Positions 59,142 to 64,000 of a stretch of DNA of 64,000 nucleotides are shown here, one piece after another. The first letter of the stretch is position 1. The number at the start of each line of letters is the position of its first letter. The notes beneath the pieces were generated by a model, which searched no databases, had not been told where the DNA came from, and saw nothing but the letters and a program-made list of their open reading frames with translations. The stretch is from the NCBI GenBank assembly GCA_025558095.1, contig JAIVFI010000043.1:124001-188000 (forward strand), given 5' to 3'. Source of the DNA: Hyaloraphidium curvatum SAG 235-1. Its lineage: Eukaryota; Fungi; Monoblepharomycota. A program made the translations under genes and the position numbers.

Positions 59142-60212
59142 TCAGTTCGCCTTGGCCAGATCCGCACTCTCCTTCTCCCCCTCGCCGGCCTTCTCCTTGC
59201 CCTTCCCGGGCTTGCCGCCCTCCTTGGGCCCGTCGAACCGCTTGGCGACGGAGCGCACCATGAGCACGAACCAGTACAGGTTGAGCGAGTTGAGCACCAG
59301 GTTCGCGGCCATGAAGATCGCGGGGAGGGCGCCGGAGAGCTGCGCGCGGCGGCGCCAGAGCTCGGCTGAAGGGGCGGCGGAGGGAGGGAAGGGGGTCAGC
59401 AAACGGGGCGGCGCGGGGCCGCGGAGGGACGCACTGAAAAAGTCGTGGGTGAGGTACCACCCCCACACGATCCGCGTCGAGAAGAAGGCCGAGAGGAGGA
59501 GGACGCCGTTGACGAGCTGGGCCTTGCTCCCCGTCAGGCCGAACTTGTCGAGCCAGTAGTTGATGTTGAGGAAGGGCGTCGAGGCCTCGAAGACTGGAGG
59601 CGGCGAATCAGTCAGCGGAGGCGAATCGATGCGCCGTCGAGACGTACCGAGGACGCGGGGGCCGTAGTACATCAGGAAGGGCTGCAGGCCGAACAGCATG
59701 ACGATGAGGCAGCCGATGCCTGCAAAGGGGTGAGCACACGACGGCCGGTTGAACCCGCGGAGTGCGACCCACCGTGGATGAGGAACGGGGCGCCGAACAG
59801 GTTCGCGTAGCGCAGGCACAGGATCGTGTCCCAGATGAAGTAGCCCGAGGCAAAGGCGGCCAGGCGGCCGCCGCCGGCGGTGTACCCGAATATCTGCGCG
59901 GACAGAGTGAGCCCCTTCCCATGCCGTCGGAAGCAACGCCCCGGGACGGACCTTGTCGGCCCTGAGCCCGTCGTAGTCGCCGCTGGCCATCAGCGCGACG
60001 CTCCCGGCCAGGATCCCGGTGGCGAACACGAACGACACGACCCTGCTGCGCCAGTCGATCTGGCGCGCCTTGGATAGCGCGGTGTAGTAGCGGCCGGCGA
60101 TGCGCTTGCTCAGCGGGTGGGCGAGGGCCATCAGGGCCTGGCACGAGGCGGCGGTGGCGACGATGGTCCAGACGTGGTCGGGGAGGCGGCCGAGGCGCAG
60201 GGGGGCGGCCAT
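59142..60212 (-). CDS. TLC-domain membrane protein (TMEM56/TLCD4-like), multi-exon
   Basis: DWRSRVVSFV, GYFIWDT, QPFLMYYG, FEASTPFLNINYWLDK, FFSTRIVWG, LNSLNLYWF. Confidence 0.85.
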   Translation of the reverse strand: MAAPLRLGRLPDHVWTIVATAASCQALMALAHPLSKRIAGRYYTALSKARQIDWRSRVVSFVFATGILAGSVALMASGDYDGLRADKVRPGALLPTAWEGAHSVRADIRVHRRRRPPGRLCLGLLHLGHDPVPALREPVRRPVPHPRWVALRGFNRPSCAHPFAGIGCLIVMLFGLQPFLMYYGPRVLGTSRRRIDSPPLTDSPPPVFEASTPFLNINYWLDKFGLTGSKAQLVNGVLLLSAFFSTRIVWGWYLTHDFFSASLRGPAPPRLLTPFPPSAAPSAELWRRRAQLSGALPAIFMAANLVLNSLNLYWFVLMVRSVAKRFDGPKEGGKPGKGKEKAGEGEKESADLAKAN

Positions 60213-60528
60213 TGTGGGTCGTGGAAGGTGGGTGAGGCGGGGCGGGCGGAGTGCGGGGGTTTGTGCGGGGCGGGGGGCGGCGGCGGCCCCTGGTTCCGGG
60301 GAGGCGGGGGCTGCGGCGGGGGCTGCGAGGCCTGCGGGCGCCCGACTGCCGGTGGGATGGGGGCGGAGAGAAAGGAAGAGCCGGTGCGCCGGGCGGCAGA
60401 CGCGGACGACGTCCACAGGCTGCGTTCCAGTTGTTGGGGTCGGCAATCCAGGCGCCGACCGTCGACGACGCCGCCGGGCCAAGGGATTTCTGAGAGGTTC
60501 GGGGGTCGCGCGTCGCTGAGGGCCGGCG

Positions 60529-62691
60529 ATGGCGGCGGCGGTCGAGGCCGTCCCCGCCTGGCGTGCGGCCATCGCAGCCGAGCTCGACGCGCGCGACCGG
60601 CGGGAGCGCGACCCGTTCGCCGCGGTGGTCGACGCGAACGCCGCGCTGTCGACGCGCCTCGGGACGGCGACCGCGCGCGTCCGCGAGCTCGAGGACGCGC
60701 TGCAGGCGCTGCAGCGGGAGTATGGCGAGGCGCAGAAGAGCCTGGCGTCGGTCAGGGAGACGGGGTGGGCCGCACGGGGGCAGCGACACGTCACCAGCTC
60801 ATCGTGTCGATCGCCTATCCGGTGTCCCACAGCTCGGAGGAGTCCGCCAAGCGCCTGGCGCGGCTGCAGGAGGAGGTCAGCCAGCTCAAGGACGAGCGCA
60901 ACGACCTGTACCGCCTGCAGGCGACAAACGCGCAGCGCGTCGTCGAGCTGACGGACGCCAAGCGAGCGCTCGAGGCGCAGCTCGCGGCAAAGACGGCAGA
61001 GTGGGGCACCGCGTGGCGCGTCGGTCGCTCCTCCGGCTGACCACGTTCTGGTCCACGATCCCCCCAGGTGCGACAAGCTCCAGGCCTCGCTGTCCGCCTC
61101 GGCCGTCAAGCTGCAGGACAAGGACCACCTCCTCCAGGAAAAGGACAACGCGATCCAGATCCTCCGCGACGAGCACCAGGCCATCGACCTCGAGCTCCGG
61201 CAGAAGGAATCCCGCCTCGCCGCCCTGGAAAAGGAGAACGCGGAGCTGCTCGAGCGCTACCTCAAGGAAAAGACCGAGCTCGCGGACAAGGTCAACGAGG
61301 CCAACCAGATCCTCGAGGACGCCAAGCGCGCGCGCGACTCGGCGCTCCGCCCGCCCACCTCTCCGGGAAGGCTGTCCCCCTCAGACGCCGCCGAGATGGT
61401 CCGCCGCAAGGGGTCCTTCTCCGTGCTCCCGACCCAGGCCGCGAGGAAGCTCACGGCGCACAGGGGCGACACCAACTGCCTCGCCGTGTCCGGGGACGGC
61501 AGGCTGTTTGCCACGGGGAGCGACGACAGGACGGTGGTGGTGTGGGACGCGGGGACGGGGGGGCAGAAGGGGATGCTGCAGGGGAGCGGGGCGGGGGTGG
61601 TGAGCGCCGCCTTCAGCTACGGGAACGAGATGCTGGTGGCGGGGGCGAACGACAACGTGGCAAAGGTGTGGACGCTGGCGACGGGGAGGCTCAAGGTGGG
61701 AAGCTGGAGGCGGGCCCGGGCCGACATGCTTACCTCGCTGGTCCGTGTTCAGCACACCCTCACGGGGCACGCGGGCAAGGTGTTCTCCTGCAAGTTCACC
61801 GTGGACTCCAAAGTGGTGGGTGCTCCTGCTACTACCGGCGGCTCGTCCGTTGATCGGAAGTGCCCGTCGAAGATCACGGGCTCGCACGATCGCACGCTTA
61901 AGGTCTGGGACTTGGCCCGCGGATACTGTGGGCATTCTCCCGCCGTCCACCTGCTCGGTCGCTTATCTCAATTATTCGACAGGCACAAAGAGCGTCCACA
62001 CGCTGTCGAGCTGCAACGACCTGTGCCTGCTGGACGACGGCGGGTTCGTACGCCCGCCTCCACACCTACTCCCGAACCAACCTTGATCTCACCCTTCCAA
62101 CCCGCAGGCACCTCGTCGCCTCGGGCCACCTCGACAACAACATCCGGATCTGGGACATGGCCACCGGCAAGCTCATCCGCGAGCTCACGGGCCTGCACTC
62201 GGAGCAGATCACCTCGGTCGAGGTGTCCGAAGGCAAGCCGCCCCCGACCGCCCTCCCTCCCCTTCCCAACCTTCCCTCCCGCCCCGGCAGACCGCACCCA
62301 GATCCTCACCACCTCCCGCGACAACACCCTCCGCCTCGTCGACGCGCGCACCTTCCTCCCCCTGGCGCAGATGTCCGCCCCCGCCTTCCGCGTCGCCGCC
62401 AACCACGCCAAGTCGGCGCTGTCCGCCGACGCGCGCTACGCGTGCTCGGGGTCGGCGGACGGGGGGGTGTACTTCTGGAACTGCGCGAGCGGGAACCCCG
62501 AGCCGACGCTGAGGGGGCATTCGTGGGTTGTGCTGCCGGTGCCGCGAGGGTGGTGGGGCTGACGCGAGGCGGTTTGCAGGGCGCCGGTGTGCTCCGTGTC
62601 GTGGTCGCCGCTGGGCGGCGCGAGGGTGTTCAGCATGGATACCAAGAAGGGGATCGTGATCTGGGGCGGGCAGGGGGACGCGTACGGCTGA
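60529..62691 (+). CDS. ATG16: Autophagy protein 16 with coiled coil and C-terminal WD40 propeller (ATG16L1-type), multi-exon
   Basis: N-terminal WRAAIAAELDARDRRE (Atg5-binding helix), coiled coil ...LEKENAELLERYL, WD repeats (ATGSDDRTVVVWD, HTLTGHAGKV, TGSHDRTLKVWDL, SGHLDNNIRIWD, TTSRDNTLRLVD). Confidence 0.85.
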
Positions 62692-63052
62692 GGGCGGATA
62701 GAAGGGCCGGACAGAAAGGCAAACGTGCCGAGGGCACGCTGCACGGAGCCATTGCTTCGCTGCTTGGGCGCGACGACGGCGTCGGCTCTTCGCCTCGCCT
62801 GAGGCGAGGCCGATTTGCGGCGCCAAAGGCAGACTAGCTGTCACGCCTCGGACGCCGACTGATCCGATCCAGTCACCCTGCGTTGTGCGGGATCGCAAGG
62901 ACGAGTTCCTTGCCGGATCAACTCGGAGCGAGATGGTTCGATCACTGCGATTCGAATCATTCACGTACACTGCGAACTCTCCGCCTCTAATATATCTTGA
63001 CCTTTGACCTGGGATCAGCACCTGCACCTTTTCTGTCCGATCGTCCGTCCGC

Positions 63053-63947
63053 TCAGAGCGCAATGGCTGCGGTGCCGGCGTGGTCCGCGACCACGATGGT
63101 CGGGATCGACGAGTGCTTCAGGACGTGCTCGGCGTTGGAGGGGTGCGAGAACATGCTGTCCAGGGCATCAGAACGCCATTCCCCGGCGGCTTGATCGCAA
63201 CCTACCCGTGCTTCTCATCGTAGCCGACGATCAGCGCCTCGACGCCAAGACCGGGAGCGGCCTCGGCGATGAACTCGCCGGGGTTGCCGTGGCTCGTCGT
63301 CTTGACCGTGATGTCGATCTTCTTCGGCGACTTCTCCTGCGCCGACTTGACCGTCTTTTTCAGCTTGCGGAGGGCGGCAGTCTGCATCTTGGTGTCCTCT
63401 TCCTCGACCGAGAACCCCACAAAGCCCTCAGCGGCGCCCTCGACCTCGGTGGGGTCGTTGGTGCAGATGAGGACAAAGAGAGAGTCTCCGTCGGCGAGGA
63501 TGAACTTCCAAGCGTTCAGGAGGCCGGCGTGCGCCGCCTTGCTGCCGTCGAAGCCGTAGCAGTCTGCGGAACAGGGAGTGTTAGCAAGGCATACATTGCT
63601 GGTGCTGGCTCGGCCAGCAGAGCTCTTTCTCGGTGGTCCCAGCGGGGCTCCGCCGTTGGCAAATGCTCGCGGCGCTGGCATGACTCGCCGGCACGGCCGC
63701 TGTCCGGACCGGCGCCGCCGGAGGCGACGGCGTCCGGGCGCCCCGCTAGGCGGGGAGGATACGCACACTTGACCATTCTGGCGTGCGGAGTAGTGAGGCG
63801 GCGGGAGGAAAGGCTCTTCAGACGAGGAAATGAAGTGGCGTCGGGCGATCCGTGACGTAAGGGACGCTCTTGTTGACCCAACCCCCAATCCCCTGATGCC
63901 GCCGCCGAACGCGGAAATAACATTTCGGCGCTCGCAAGCTCCTTCAT
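63053..63947 (-). CDS. Universal stress protein (USP) domain protein; 5' end uncertain
   Basis: YGFDGSKAA, GDSLFVL, HGNPGEFIAEAA, LIVG, SNAEHVLKHSSIPTIVV. Confidence 0.7.
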
Positions 63948-64000
63948 AACAGAAACCCGAAATCGCTACGTCTGCCTTGCACTGCTGATCAATTCGTTTT

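Noticed and set aside
62945-62958. 14-bp match (CTGCGATTCGAATC) to the tRNA-Arg intron
   Set aside because: Matches of this length are expected by chance among all pairs in 64 kb; no tRNA fold around it.

Overview
Eukaryotic, very GC-rich nuclear DNA with many short (about 50-90 nt) GT-AG introns carrying CTGAC/CTAAC branch points. The alpha-aminoadipate lysine genes (homocitrate synthase, homoaconitase) and Rit1, together with animal-type eEF2K and a WD40-bearing ATG16, point to an early-diverging (zoosporic) fungus, possibly Monoblepharidomycetes (inference). Most of the ORF track is antisense or GC shadow; I rebuilt the real genes by splicing. The right half (28-64 kb) is mostly housekeeping genes: LYS20, RIT1, UTR4, an MFS transporter, GH20, an amine oxidase, two SDRs, LYS4, COX VIIc, a TLC protein, ATG16 and a USP. 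The left half (1-27.5 kb) is a rearrangement-rich accessory zone. It holds the 3' end of a CRE-like RLE non-LTR retrotransposon, three members of a lineage-expanded multi-pass membrane family resembling gustatory-receptor-like/DUF3537 (7TMIC) proteins, and an inverted, order-permuted duplication of a kinase and a micro-exon S/T-stalk lectin gene. At its centre lies a divergent tRNA-Arg(ACG)/tRNA-Arg(CCT) pair. An 847-bp block of that pair is directly repeated, both breakpoints fall inside the tRNA genes, and the copies flank a 3.3-kb insert carrying one intact receptor-like gene. This att-like, tRNA-anchored cargo island is the best candidate for a new system. A heparinase II/III-like gene is interrupted by a copy of a neighbouring SDR gene. 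All protein assignments come from motif recognition, not database searches.
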